From contig JBDIWC010000005.1 of NCBI GenBank assembly GCA_039794085.1, forward strand, positions 32,001-96,000: a stretch of 64,000 nt of DNA, read 5' to 3'. The notes beneath the pieces were generated by a model, which saw only the letters and a list, made by a program, of their open reading frames with translations, was not told the origin of the DNA and did not search any database. This DNA comes from Gemmatimonadales bacterium (GTDB taxonomy: Bacteria > Gemmatimonadota > Gemmatimonadetes > Gemmatimonadales > GWC2-71-9). Below are positions 46,643-55,428 of the stretch, one piece after another; within the stretch, counting starts at the first letter, position 1, and every line of letters starts with the position of its first letter. A program made the position numbers and the translations under genes.

Positions 46643-47010
46643 TCAGGGAGTTGAAGGCCCGTCGGTCAGCAGACCGAACCCCGCGGTCTGGAAGTCGTGG
46701 CCGAAGGCAAACGCCAGTTGGAGCTTGTCCCGCCGCATCACCGCGAAGGTCACAGCATCGGTAAGGGAGAAGCGCTGGTCGGCGAACCGGGCGAGCCATT
46801 CCTCCAGTGCCGTGTCGAGAAGTCCGGTGTCCACCGGGAGCCATGCGTATGCCGGATCCCGCCGGACCGCTGCAACAACCTCCCGGGCCACAACGGGGCC
46901 GCGCCACCGGAGCAGGTGGCCGTGGAACTCGGCCAGGACCAGGACCGTACCGGTCCACCGGCCGCCCCGCTCAAGGAAGTGGCGTGCGATCGACACCGCC
47001 ACGACGCAGG
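46643..47010 (-). pseudogene. Truncated VapC/PIN toxin remnant
   Basis: VLAEF, FSLTDAVTFAVM, AFAFGHDF present; N-terminal DT/DS motif absent and the C-terminal acidic residue appears replaced (FD to FG). Confidence 0.6.
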
Positions 47011-47086
47011 AGATCCAGCGCGTCTTGGCGCCCTTGCGTCCTTGCGTTGATCTTGCCGTGGGATGGACCAAGGGAGACGCGGGGCG

Positions 47087-47476
47087 TCAGATCAACTCGA
47101 TCTGCGCCGTGTGCCCCGGGGCCGACGCGAGCTTCCGGTCGCGCGTCAGCAGGCACCCGCCCAGCGCCTCGGCGAGGGCCACATACGTGGCGTCGTATGC
47201 GGTGAGGTTGCTCCGCAGCGCCCAGATCCGCGGGAGCATCGGCGTGTGGACGTACCGGGTCAGGGGGAAGGCGTACAGCACCTGCAGCGCGCGGGAACCC
47301 CGTTCGGGGTCGAGAACCCCGGCTGCGGCGTGGCGCCGGAACACCTGGGTGACCTCGATGTCGAGCAGATGGGGGGCATGCAACGAATCACCGCACAGCA
47401 CTCGCGCCATGATCCGCTCCGCATCGGGGACCTGCAGCAGCAGATCCACGACGACGGAGGCATCGAGTATGATCAC
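47087..47476 (-). CDS. vapC: VapC PIN-domain toxin
   Basis: ILDASVVV, APHLLDIEV, LTAYDATYVALAE, LLTRDRKL. Confidence 0.92.
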   Translation of the reverse strand: MIILDASVVVDLLLQVPDAERIMARVLCGDSLHAPHLLDIEVTQVFRRHAAAGVLDPERGSRALQVLYAFPLTRYVHTPMLPRIWALRSNLTAYDATYVALAEALGGCLLTRDRKLASAPGHTAQIELI

Positions 47477-47703
47477 CGCGCGTCGCGCTCGGCCCGCACC
47501 GCCTCGGCTCCCGACTCCGGAGTGACCACCGGCCCCAGGGCGCGGAGTCGTTCCGCGAGTTCCGACGGTGTGAGTTGCTCCACCACCCGTTCAAGCTCGA
47601 GCCGCAGGAAATCCGACAACGACATCCCCGCCTCGGCCGCCCGGGCCTTGAGGCGGCGATGCAACTGTTCCGGCACGTGCCGAACCTGAATCATTTTGGA
47701 CAT
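47473..47703 (-). CDS. FitA/VapB-like RHH antitoxin
   Basis: MIQVRHVPEQLHRRLKARAAEAGMSLSDFL; overlaps the vapC start by 4 bp. Confidence 0.88.
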   Translation of the reverse strand: MSKMIQVRHVPEQLHRRLKARAAEAGMSLSDFLRLELERVVEQLTPSELAERLRALGPVVTPESGAEAVRAERDAR

Positions 47704-47738
47704 GTGTAAAACATGTAGCCATGTGCAACACATGTCAA
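47699..47738 (-). promoter_or_regulatory. Operator and leaderless promoter of the vapBC pair
   Basis: Inverted repeat GACATGTGT...ACACATGTC with repeated CATG; TTGACA-N17-CATGTT-N6-ATG on the - strand. Confidence 0.65.
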
Positions 47739-47756
47739 CCGGGGTCGACGACTTTC

Positions 47757-47781
47757 AGGGGCGAAGGCATTTCGCCCCTAC
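47757..47781 (-). repeat. GTAG-type REP palindrome
   Basis: Minus strand GTAGGGGCGAAATGCCTTCGCCCCT, overlapping the stop of the U32 gene. Confidence 0.75.
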
Positions 47782-50297
47782 ACCGCCCGCGCGAAATGCC
47801 CCCGGGTGTAGCCGGAGGCCAGGGTCCGGCCCGGTCCCGCGCCGATCCCGTCTCCCGCCACCAAACGGTTCATCGCCTCGCGATACCACGCCGTCACCGT
47901 CTCGACCGGATCTCCCGGCACGTTGAACAGCAGCCGGTAACTCCGGACGCCGACCCGCCAGAGGGCCGGGAGGAACTCGGCGCCATCCACCGGCCGGGAG
48001 TGCAGCAGCCGGTTGCGGCAGGCCGAATCGGTGGCCACCGGAAAGGCGTACCCGGCCGGATCGGTCAGCTCCACGTGAGGGTGCTTCTGCACGCAGAGGT
48101 CGCGGCAGGTGGCCGGCACCCGGTCGAAGGCCGCGCTCAGGACGCAATGCTCCAGGGTCATTCCCTCGGGACGGCCATGGACCACCACCTCGAAGCCGCG
48201 ACCCTGCCACGGCGCCACGACGTCGGCGATCTCCTCCGTGGTGAGCTCCACCGACACCACGATGCGCCTTGCACCAAGGCCGAACACCAGGTCCGCCGTG
48301 TGGGCGTTGAACACGTTGGCCGCGTAGTCCGCCACCACATCCTGGCCCTGGCTTCCGAGTTCCGCAACGAGGCCGAGATGCCCGCTGGTGACGGGAAGCC
48401 CCAAGGCGAGCCACTTGTCCACCACGCGCCGCTCGGCCGGACGGATGATGGTGGGCGTCCGAAGCCGGAGCGACACCCCGCGGTTGGCGAGTTCACCTGC
48501 CAGCGCCCGGACATGGCTCACCGGGGGCGTCGGATGGCGGAGGAAGAGGTCGAGCGAGATCTCATCCGCACCGTGAGCCGCGGCCGTTCGGGCATCCTCG
48601 AGGCGCCAGGTCTCCACCACGAGCCGGCCCCGCTCCGGGTGGGTGTCGATGACGGCACGGGGCGACGAGAGGACCACAACCTGCCCGACGCGAGCGGCGC
48701 GTTCGGTGAGATGGTCGTGCAGAGCGGCGTCCCGCGCTGGCAGCAACCGCGACACCGCCTCCTGGCGCAGGTCGTTGAGAACGCTGACGGGAAGGAAGAG
48801 GCCGTCAGGGAGACGGGTCCGGTCGAGGGACCGCAGGACCCATGGGGTGCCGCCGAGCCGGCCGAGCTGCTCACCGAGCTGGGTGTCGTCGAGGGAACGT
48901 TGCCGGGCGGGGGCCAGGGGGATGCCACTCGACACGGTCACCGCGCCGGAGGACGTGCGGAAGGTTACGGTGAGGGGTGACCCGTCGGCGCCCTCCACGG
49001 TCAGATCCATCGGGGCTCGCGGCTCCGCGGGGTTGGCCAGGGTCTCCCAGCTCGCGCGCGCCGTGGTGAGCAGGGTGGCCTGGGCCGACCGGACCACGAT
49101 CCATCCCCGCGGGACCGGGTCGGCGCCGGGAGGGAGCATCACCGACTGCACGATCCCGTCTCCCTCCCGCCGAAGGGTCCGGACCTGGCGCACCGCGAAT
49201 CCGGAGTTGCCCGCCGCCGCGCCATCGGGGTGCTCGAAGCCGAGCCCGTCGCCCACGGCGATGGCATCGCTCACTCGGACCTCCAGCGAGGAGGCATCGC
49301 TCCGTGTCACAATCCCAAGCACCGCGCCCCGGTTGTCGGGCTGGGTGCGGGTCACGTAGTCGCGTCCCTGCCGTCCCCCGTACATCCCGCCAGTGAATCC
49401 CCGGGAAAAGATCTGTACCAGGGGCTGCACCTCGGCGGGTGCAGGCGGGGTGCGGATCCCTTGGCCCAGTCGATCGAGGAAGGTGCGCCAGGTGCTGGTG
49501 ACGGTGGCCACATATTCGGGTTTCTTCTTCCGGCCCTCGATCTTGAGACAACCGACCCCGGCGTCGGCGATGGCGGCCAGATGGTCGTGGGCCGCGAGGT
49601 CCCGCGCCGAGATGAGGTATCCCCGGTCGAGTTCCTCGCCGGTGGTGCCGTCGGCCAGGAGGTAGTCCTTCCGGCACGACTGGGCGCACGAGCCGCGATT
49701 GGCGCTCCGGTCCGAGATCATCCCCGACATGTAGCACTGCCCGGAGTAGGCGATGCAGAGGGCGCCATGGATGAAGCTCTCGAGCCCCAGGTCCGGCACG
49801 GCGGCGCGAATCGCGGCGATGTCCTCCACGGTGTTTTCCCGCGCCAGCACCACCCGGTCGACGCCCAGGTCCCGCACCAGGCGCGCGCCGGCGGGATCGT
49901 GCACCGTCATCTGGGTGGAGCCGTGGAGTTCGAGGGTGGGGTAGAGGGAGCGGATCAGGCGGACGGCGCCCAGGTCCTGGACGATGGCGGCGTCGATCCC
50001 GCAGTCGATGCAGGCGCCCAGGTGGACGAGTGCCTCCTCCAGTTCCCGCTGCTTGAGGAGGATGTTGAAGGTGAGGTAGATCCGGGCGCCGCCCGCATGG
50101 GCGATCCGGCACGCAGTCGCGAGGTCCTCCAGGGTGAGTTGGGCGCCGTCGTCCCGGGCGTTGAACCGCTCGGCGCCGAGGTACACGGCGTCGGCTCCGT
50201 TGGCCACGGCGGCGCGGACGGCGTCGAGAGAGCCGGCCGGGGCCAGAAGCTCGGGGATCCGCGGGGCGGTCGGGGCAGGGGAAGGGGAACGGGACAT
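47778..50297 (-). CDS. U32 peptidase-family protein with C-terminal extension (RlhA-like RNA hydroxylation family)
   Basis: PELLAPAGS, GADAVYLG, HGALCIAYSGQC..SANRGSCAQSCR Fe-S cysteines, LKIEGR. Confidence 0.88.
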   Translation of the reverse strand: MSRSPSPAPTAPRIPELLAPAGSLDAVRAAVANGADAVYLGAERFNARDDGAQLTLEDLATACRIAHAGGARIYLTFNILLKQRELEEALVHLGACIDCGIDAAIVQDLGAVRLIRSLYPTLELHGSTQMTVHDPAGARLVRDLGVDRVVLARENTVEDIAAIRAAVPDLGLESFIHGALCIAYSGQCYMSGMISDRSANRGSCAQSCRKDYLLADGTTGEELDRGYLISARDLAAHDHLAAIADAGVGCLKIEGRKKKPEYVATVTSTWRTFLDRLGQGIRTPPAPAEVQPLVQIFSRGFTGGMYGGRQGRDYVTRTQPDNRGAVLGIVTRSDASSLEVRVSDAIAVGDGLGFEHPDGAAAGNSGFAVRQVRTLRREGDGIVQSVMLPPGADPVPRGWIVVRSAQATLLTTARASWETLANPAEPRAPMDLTVEGADGSPLTVTFRTSSGAVTVSSGIPLAPARQRSLDDTQLGEQLGRLGGTPWVLRSLDRTRLPDGLFLPVSVLNDLRQEAVSRLLPARDAALHDHLTERAARVGQVVVLSSPRAVIDTHPERGRLVVETWRLEDARTAAAHGADEISLDLFLRHPTPPVSHVRALAGELANRGVSLRLRTPTIIRPAERRVVDKWLALGLPVTSGHLGLVAELGSQGQDVVADYAANVFNAHTADLVFGLGARRIVVSVELTTEEIADVVAPWQGRGFEVVVHGRPEGMTLEHCVLSAAFDRVPATCRDLCVQKHPHVELTDPAGYAFPVATDSACRNRLLHSRPVDGAEFLPALWRVGVRSYRLLFNVPGDPVETVTAWYREAMNRLVAGDGIGAGPGRTLASGYTRGHFARAV

Positions 50298-50318
50298 GGG
50301 AGGAATATGCCTGGTTCC

Positions 50319-50500
50319 AGGACATAGGACGTAGGACGTAGGACATAGGCCCTCTACCCCCCAACCCCCACCCCCCAATCCCCGGGGTGTTGGGTTTTGG
50401 GTGTTGGGTATTGGGAACTGCGGGGAGGGGCCCAGTTCCCAGTACCCGATACCCAGGACCCGGGGTGTTGGTGCCGGGTGTTGGGTATCGGGTGTTGGGG
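50319..50500. repeat. Mosaic of heptamer tandem repeats with G-quadruplex potential
   Basis: (AGGAC[AG]T)4; C-rich block; GGGTGTT GGGTTTT GGGTGTT GGGTATT GGG; CCCAGTT CCCAGTA CCCGATA CCC; GGGTGTT GGGTATC GGGTGTT GGGG. Confidence 0.85.
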
Positions 50501-50515
50501 CGCTTTATTCCCGGA

Positions 50516-51274
50516 ATGTTTCCCTACCGGGACGACAACCCGACCTTCCTGACGCCGGTCGTCACCGTCGGCCTCGTGGCGGCCAACCTGCTGGTCTGGT
50601 TCCTGGTGCAGGGAGCCGGACAGCAGGCGGCCATCGCGGGCTCGATCTGCGAACTTGGGCTCATCCCCGCCGAGCTCCTGGGCCAGGTTCCCGCCGGCAC
50701 CCGGATCCCGCTCGGCGGCGGGGCGAGCTGTGTGCTCGGCTCGGCGCCGGTCTGGTACACCCCCATCTCCTCGATGTTCCTGCATGGCGGGTGGCTCCAC
50801 GTGATCGGCAACATGTGGTTCCTCTGGCTCTTCGGCAACAACGTCGAGGACGCGATGGGCCACCTTCGCTTCCTGGTGTTCTACCTGCTGACGGGGCTCA
50901 TCGGGGCGGGAGGCCAGGTGATGGTGCATCCCGCCAGCACCATTCCTATGGTGGGGGCGAGCGGAGCGATCAGCGGCATCATGGGGGCGTACATCCTCTT
51001 GTATCCCAAGGTGCGCGTCCACGTCCTCTTCTTTCTCGGATTCTTTGTATTCACTCGCGCCCTCCCCGCCTGGCTCATGCTGGGGTTCTGGTTCCTGATC
51101 CAGGTGCTCGGCGGATTGCCTTCCCTCGGCGGGATTGGGGGCGACGGTGGCGGGGTGGCCTTCTGGGCCCACGCGGGTGGATTTGCCGCAGGAGCCCTCC
51201 TGGTCCATATCTTCAAGAATCCGGCGCTGCTGGCACGGCGCGCCCGGGTGTCCCCGGTCCGGAGTTGGCGGTAG
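50516..51274 (+). CDS. Rhomboid-family intramembrane serine protease
   Basis: SMFLHGGWLHVIGNMWFL, VGASGAISG (catalytic Ser), AHAGGF (catalytic His). Confidence 0.95.
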   Translation: MFPYRDDNPTFLTPVVTVGLVAANLLVWFLVQGAGQQAAIAGSICELGLIPAELLGQVPAGTRIPLGGGASCVLGSAPVWYTPISSMFLHGGWLHVIGNMWFLWLFGNNVEDAMGHLRFLVFYLLTGLIGAGGQVMVHPASTIPMVGASGAISGIMGAYILLYPKVRVHVLFFLGFFVFTRALPAWLMLGFWFLIQVLGGLPSLGGIGGDGGGVAFWAHAGGFAAGALLVHIFKNPALLARRARVSPVRSWR

Positions 51275-51538
51275 AAGCGTCGGAACTATGCCTTCCCGGG
51301 TGGCCGCTCGTCTACTGAGCTGGCGCCGGAATTATCGACTCGTCAGGCTGTATTCCCTTGTCATGCCGCCCATTGCTGCACCCGACTGGTCAAGAGTTTG
51401 GCTCATCTGGGTTTCGTGTGGGTGAGGGTGGGTGAGGGGAACTTCAACCCGCCATTTCCCGGGGCTCTTCGGTCTTCTTGGGGTTGGATTTCGGAGTGAG
51501 TCGAGGGGCTCCGGTGGCCAGGCGGGCGGGGGAATGGC

Positions 51539-51576
51539 CACAAGAGTCACAAAAGGCACAAGAAACACAAGAAACA
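51539..51576 (+). repeat. 9-mer tandem repeat CACAA[AG]ANN x4
   Basis: CACAAGAGT CACAAAAGG CACAAGAAA CACAAGAAA. Confidence 0.7.
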
Positions 51577-51743
51577 TGAGATCCCGCGAAGGGTGGCTCG
51601 CGCCAGACGCTGACTCGACTCGGGACCAGTCTGGGCAGAATCGACCGAGGGGTGCCGATAATGCCGCCGCCGCTCTCCCGTCTCCCGGTCCCGTTGATGT
51701 CGGGAGGCGGAAAAGACCCACTGCCAAGGCCCCTCGGCAGCGA

Positions 51744-51903
51744 CCTCCCGCCTCGAACGCGGCCCGATCCAACAGAGGGGGACAAAGGGGCTTTATCCCA
51801 CACGAACCCGTTTGATAAGATCGAGGTCCTGAGCCTCGGCGGCCTGGGCGTGATACAGGTCCCAGCGGAGCTGAAGATTCACCAGAAGTCACCTGTCGTG
51901 CCG
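51744..51903 (-). pseudogene. Duplicated 3' fragment of higA plus downstream flank (direct repeat of 53521-53678)
   Basis: 89-bp core 51793-51881 differs from 53567-53655 at 4 positions. Confidence 0.85.
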
Positions 51904-51935
51904 GTGAAGCTCCGCTTCGAGGGCTTCCCGCCCTG

Positions 51936-52271
51936 TCATGCCTTGATGTGTTCCTCGACCACCCGGCGCAGATCCGGCAGCTGCCTCCGAACGACATCCC
52001 AAACGATATCGTAGTCGACGCCGAAGTAGTCGTGGATCAGGCGATCCCGCATCCCAGCCACCCGACGCCAGTCGATCCTGGACTCGCTTGCCCGGAACTC
52101 GGCGGGGAGTTTCTTCGCCGCCTCCCCGATCACCTCGAGACTGCGGACAAACGCCCGTTGGAGGGTTTCATCTCCCAGGAAGTCCTCTCGACTCAGTCCG
52201 TCGGACCGCTCGAGGATGAAGTCCACTTCGGCGCGGATGTGGAGGAGGTAGTCACGCGGCTCGAAGGACAT
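51936..52271 (-). CDS. HEPN (DUF86/HepT-like) RNase toxin
   Basis: RSLEVIGEA, RDRLIHDYFGVD (RX4H motif). Confidence 0.92.
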   Translation of the reverse strand: MSFEPRDYLLHIRAEVDFILERSDGLSREDFLGDETLQRAFVRSLEVIGEAAKKLPAEFRASESRIDWRRVAGMRDRLIHDYFGVDYDIVWDVVRRQLPDLRRVVEEHIKA

Positions 52272-52569
52272 CCTGGGCCTCGGCCAGGATCCTTGGCCCG
52301 ATGAAAGGGGAGAGGGACTCGGTGGTCACCAACTCGACACGCCGTCCAAGGACCTCTTCCAGCAGCTCACAGAGAGTGAAGAAGCGATCGAACGTCTTGG
52401 CGCCGTCGGAGAAGGATACGAGCAGGTCGACGTCACTCTCAGGGCCCGCTGTCCCCCTCAACACGGAGCCGAAGAGCGCCAGGCGCGCCACCCCCAGGGT
52501 CCGTATTTCGTCCGCTGCCTCGGCGATGCGGGTTCTCGCTTGATCGAGTGTCAGCACAGGGGAGTTCAT
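52252..52569 (-). CDS. Minimal nucleotidyltransferase (MntA-like) antitoxin
   Basis: LFGSVLRGTAGPESDVDLL (GSX10DXD). Confidence 0.92.
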   Translation of the reverse strand: MNSPVLTLDQARTRIAEAADEIRTLGVARLALFGSVLRGTAGPESDVDLLVSFSDGAKTFDRFFTLCELLEEVLGRRVELVTTESLSPFIGPRILAEAQDVLRAA

Positions 52570-52837
52570 GAACGGAATGTACCCACCCTGCCGCCGGAGC
52601 GGCAACGCCCCATTGGGATGGTGAGGGAAGGCCCAGCCTGGGACTGTCCTCGGTCGCAGGTTCGGAGGCATGAGGTCCTACAAATCAACTGTGGATGGGC
52701 CGCGCGGTGGCGCGACCGATGGGATGCCGCGTCTAGTAGGTGGCCCTCATGAAGCCGATACGGATTCAACGCCAAGGAGGGCGGTCGCGGGCGTCACTTC
52801 ACGCCGAGCGTTGACCCGCGCTCGTTCGAAGCCTCCG

Positions 52838-53242
52838 TTACTTCCCCTGCCGCAACCTCTCCCACGCGGTGCGCGGGGAGAGAATGGGAACCCTGGACTG
52901 GTCGGCCACGGCCAGAAGATCGTGATCCCCAGTGATCAACATCTCCGCGGCGCCTGCTTCTGCCGAGGCCAACACCCAACCATCGTCCGGATCACGAATG
53001 TCGATTTCACTCGGGGCCGCCGGCAGCGGCACGACGATCTGATCACGCAACTGGCCCTCCACGAGCTCGACCTGCGCCTCGGACGCCTGGAACCTGCTGC
53101 TCAGGATCCGGCGCAACTCCTGGAGGTTGACCTCACCCGTCATGACCTCATGGCTGGCCACGAGGTAGCGAAAGAGATCCTCGCAGAGTCCGCGGGCGGT
53201 AAAGGCACTGACCAGCACGTTCGTGTCCAGAAAAACCCTCAC
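52838..53242 (-). CDS. PIN-family toxin
   Basis: MRVFLDTNVLVSA, RDPDD, LITGDHDLL. Confidence 0.92.
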   Translation of the reverse strand: MRVFLDTNVLVSAFTARGLCEDLFRYLVASHEVMTGEVNLQELRRILSSRFQASEAQVELVEGQLRDQIVVPLPAAPSEIDIRDPDDGWVLASAEAGAAEMLITGDHDLLAVADQSRVPILSPRTAWERLRQGK

Positions 53243-53460
53243 GAAACGATCCGAAAAACATCCTCGTCGGTGAGGATTCCCTGGGCTTCAGCCAACGGCA
53301 GCAACTGGCTGCGCGCCTCCTCAAACCGGAGCAACGCGACTTGTCGGCGCACCGCGTCGCGAACCAAATCGCTGCGGCTCCGGCCGAGTCGACGACTCAA
53401 GCGGTCAAGGTCCCGCTGCAGCTTCGCATCGAGGCGAATGGTCACAGTGGAAGTTTTCAT
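53239..53460 (-). CDS. CopG/RHH antitoxin
   Basis: TVTIRLD..LDRLS..SRSDLVRDAV; overlaps the PIN start. Confidence 0.88.
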   Translation of the reverse strand: MKTSTVTIRLDAKLQRDLDRLSRRLGRSRSDLVRDAVRRQVALLRFEEARSQLLPLAEAQGILTDEDVFRIVS

Positions 53461-53566
53461 GTAAGACAATGTAGCACATTTCGAAAGGGTCGGCAAGAGA
53501 AGGAGAGGTGGGGCTCATGGCCTCCCGCCAACACGCCCCGATCCACCAGAGGGGGACGGAGAGGTG

Positions 53567-53872
53567 TTATCCCACACGAACCCGTTTGATGCGATCGAGA
53601 TCCTGAGCCTCGGCGGCCTGGGCGTGATACAGATCCCAGCGGAGCTGAAGATTCATCCAGAGGTCAGCGGTCGTGCCGAAGAACTTGGCCAGGCGCAAAG
53701 CGGTCGCGGGCGTCACCCCACGGCGAGCGTTGACCAACTCGTTGACGCGCTGATAGGGAACCCGGATGCCGTCGGCCAGCTCACGCTGGGAAAGTCCCAT
53801 CGGATTCAGGAACTCCTCGAGAAGCATCTCGCCTGGATGCGTGGGGACGCCGTGCGTAGGAATGCGGACCAT
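53567..53872 (-). CDS. higA: HigA antitoxin
   Basis: HPGEMLLEEFL, RLAKFFGTTADLWMNLQ. Confidence 0.95.
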   Translation of the reverse strand: MVRIPTHGVPTHPGEMLLEEFLNPMGLSQRELADGIRVPYQRVNELVNARRGVTPATALRLAKFFGTTADLWMNLQLRWDLYHAQAAEAQDLDRIKRVRVG

Positions 53873-53887
53873 GTTGCCTCCATCACC

Positions 53888-54184
53888 TCACTCGTGGTAG
53901 TCGACGATCTCCACTTCGCTCGGGCCAAGTTCCGTCCAGACGAAGCAGATACGATACTGGTCGTTCACACGAATGCTGTACTGCCCTCGGCGGCCGCCTT
54001 TCAGCGATTCCAACCGGTTGGCCGGGGGCACCCGAAGGTCGACCAGGGCTCCGGCAGAATCGAGTAGTTCCAGCTTCCGGCGGGCGACCGCCCACAGACT
54101 CGTGGGACAGACCCGTCGCCCCCGCTTGGTATCCCGGGCATTGAAAACGTCTTCCGTGCCGGGATCGCGAAAGGTACGGATCAT
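53888..54184 (-). CDS. higB: HigB (RelE/ParE) toxin
   Basis: LRVPPANRLESLKG.R.GQYSIRVNDQYRICFVW..VEIVDYH. Confidence 0.95.
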   Translation of the reverse strand: MIRTFRDPGTEDVFNARDTKRGRRVCPTSLWAVARRKLELLDSAGALVDLRVPPANRLESLKGGRRGQYSIRVNDQYRICFVWTELGPSEVEIVDYHE

Positions 54185-54219
54185 GATACCATGATAGCAC
54201 GGCTGTCATGCTATGACAA
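54185..54219 (-). promoter_or_regulatory. Leaderless sigma70 promoter and operator of higBA
   Basis: TTGTCA-N17-TATCAT-N6-ATG, overlapped by inverted repeats (TGTCAT..ATGACA). Confidence 0.7.
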
Positions 54220-54362
54220 TCCCAACGCCGTGGTACGGGCCGTGCCAGTCCCCGGTTGAGCCAACCCGGAAGCGCCCGGGGCTAGTATCTTTCCCTCCAG
54301 CATGGGGTTCCGGGCTCCAGGCCTCCCGCCTCGGCCAACCCCCATTCACCGGAGGACTCCAG

Positions 54363-55406
54363 ATGGCCACCACAACCCGTTCTCATCCCTATCGCACGCC
54401 GAGGGGCGTTCGGTCCGGTGAATCGGCCGATGCCGCGGTCGGCCCGGTCGACGCCGAGTGGGAACGAAACCCCGGCATGCCCCTCGATCTGAGCTGGGTG
54501 CGGGATGTCCGGGTCAACCGGAGCGCCGTGGAACGCCGCGCCGAGAGCCACTGCCGCCGCCGGTCGATCAAGGGGATATGGCAAACGGCCTGGTACCTCC
54601 GCGCCATCGGCCTCATCGACCTCACCACCCTCTCCGGCGACGACACCCCCGGTCGGGTGCGCCGGATCTGTGCCAAGGCCCGGCGCCCGGTGCGGCAGGA
54701 CGTGCTCGAGGCCCTCGGCGTGGGGGAGATGCCGGTGAAGGTTGCCGCGGTGTGCGTCTACCACCGGTTCGTGGAGGACGCGGTGCGCGCCCTCGAAGGG
54801 AGCGGCATTCCGGTCGCCGCCGTCAGCACCGGGTTCCCCGCGGGACTTTCCCCCCTGGAGACACGCCTCGCCGAGATCAGGGCCTCGGTGGCGGCGGGGG
54901 CGGAGGAGATCGACATCGTCATCACCCGCGCCCATGTCCTCACCGGCAACTGGGAGGCGCTGCACGACGAGGTGCGGGCCTTCCGCGACGCCTGCGGGCC
55001 CGCCCACCTCAAGACGATTCTCGGCACCGGGGATCTCGGTACCTATCGCGACGTGGCCCGCGCCAGTTTGGTCTGCATGATGGCCGGCGCCGACTTCATC
55101 AAGACCTCCACCGGCAAGGAGCCGGTCAACGCCACGCTGCCGGTGGGCCTGGTGATGGCCCGGATGATCCGCCGCTATCAGGAGAGGACCGGTCACGCGG
55201 TCGGGCTCAAGCCGGCGGGGGGGATCCGCCGAGCCAAGGAGACGCTCGACTGGATGTCCCTCATGAAGGACGAACTGGGAACGCCCTGGCTCCAGCCCGA
55301 ACTCTTCCGGTTCGGCGCCAGCAGCCTCCTCACCGACCTGGAACGCCAGCTCGAGTTTGCCGCCACCGGCCGCTACTCCGCCGATTTCCGTCACCCGCTG
55401 GCCTGA
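54363..55406 (+). CDS. deoC: Deoxyribose-phosphate aldolase (long type)
   Basis: IDLTTLSGDDT, STGFPAG, GADFIKTSTGK, KPAGGIR, RFGASSLL. Confidence 0.95.
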   Translation: MATTTRSHPYRTPRGVRSGESADAAVGPVDAEWERNPGMPLDLSWVRDVRVNRSAVERRAESHCRRRSIKGIWQTAWYLRAIGLIDLTTLSGDDTPGRVRRICAKARRPVRQDVLEALGVGEMPVKVAAVCVYHRFVEDAVRALEGSGIPVAAVSTGFPAGLSPLETRLAEIRASVAAGAEEIDIVITRAHVLTGNWEALHDEVRAFRDACGPAHLKTILGTGDLGTYRDVARASLVCMMAGADFIKTSTGKEPVNATLPVGLVMARMIRRYQERTGHAVGLKPAGGIRRAKETLDWMSLMKDELGTPWLQPELFRFGASSLLTDLERQLEFAATGRYSADFRHPLA

Positions 55407-55428
55407 GGCCGCGAAAGGTATCGCCACC

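Noticed and set aside
50385..50500. Telomere-like repeats
   Set aside because: Short, degenerate and internal between two bacterial genes; treated as heptamer/G4 repeats instead.
51275..51743. ORFs between the rhomboid gene and the higA fragment
   Set aside because: Overlapping low-complexity ORFs that cross a tandem repeat; no recognisable protein or structured RNA. An unrecognised ncRNA cannot be excluded without an Rfam search.
46643..54184. Integron cassette array for the TA modules
   Set aside because: No integrase and no convincing attC sites seen; housekeeping genes interrupt the series.
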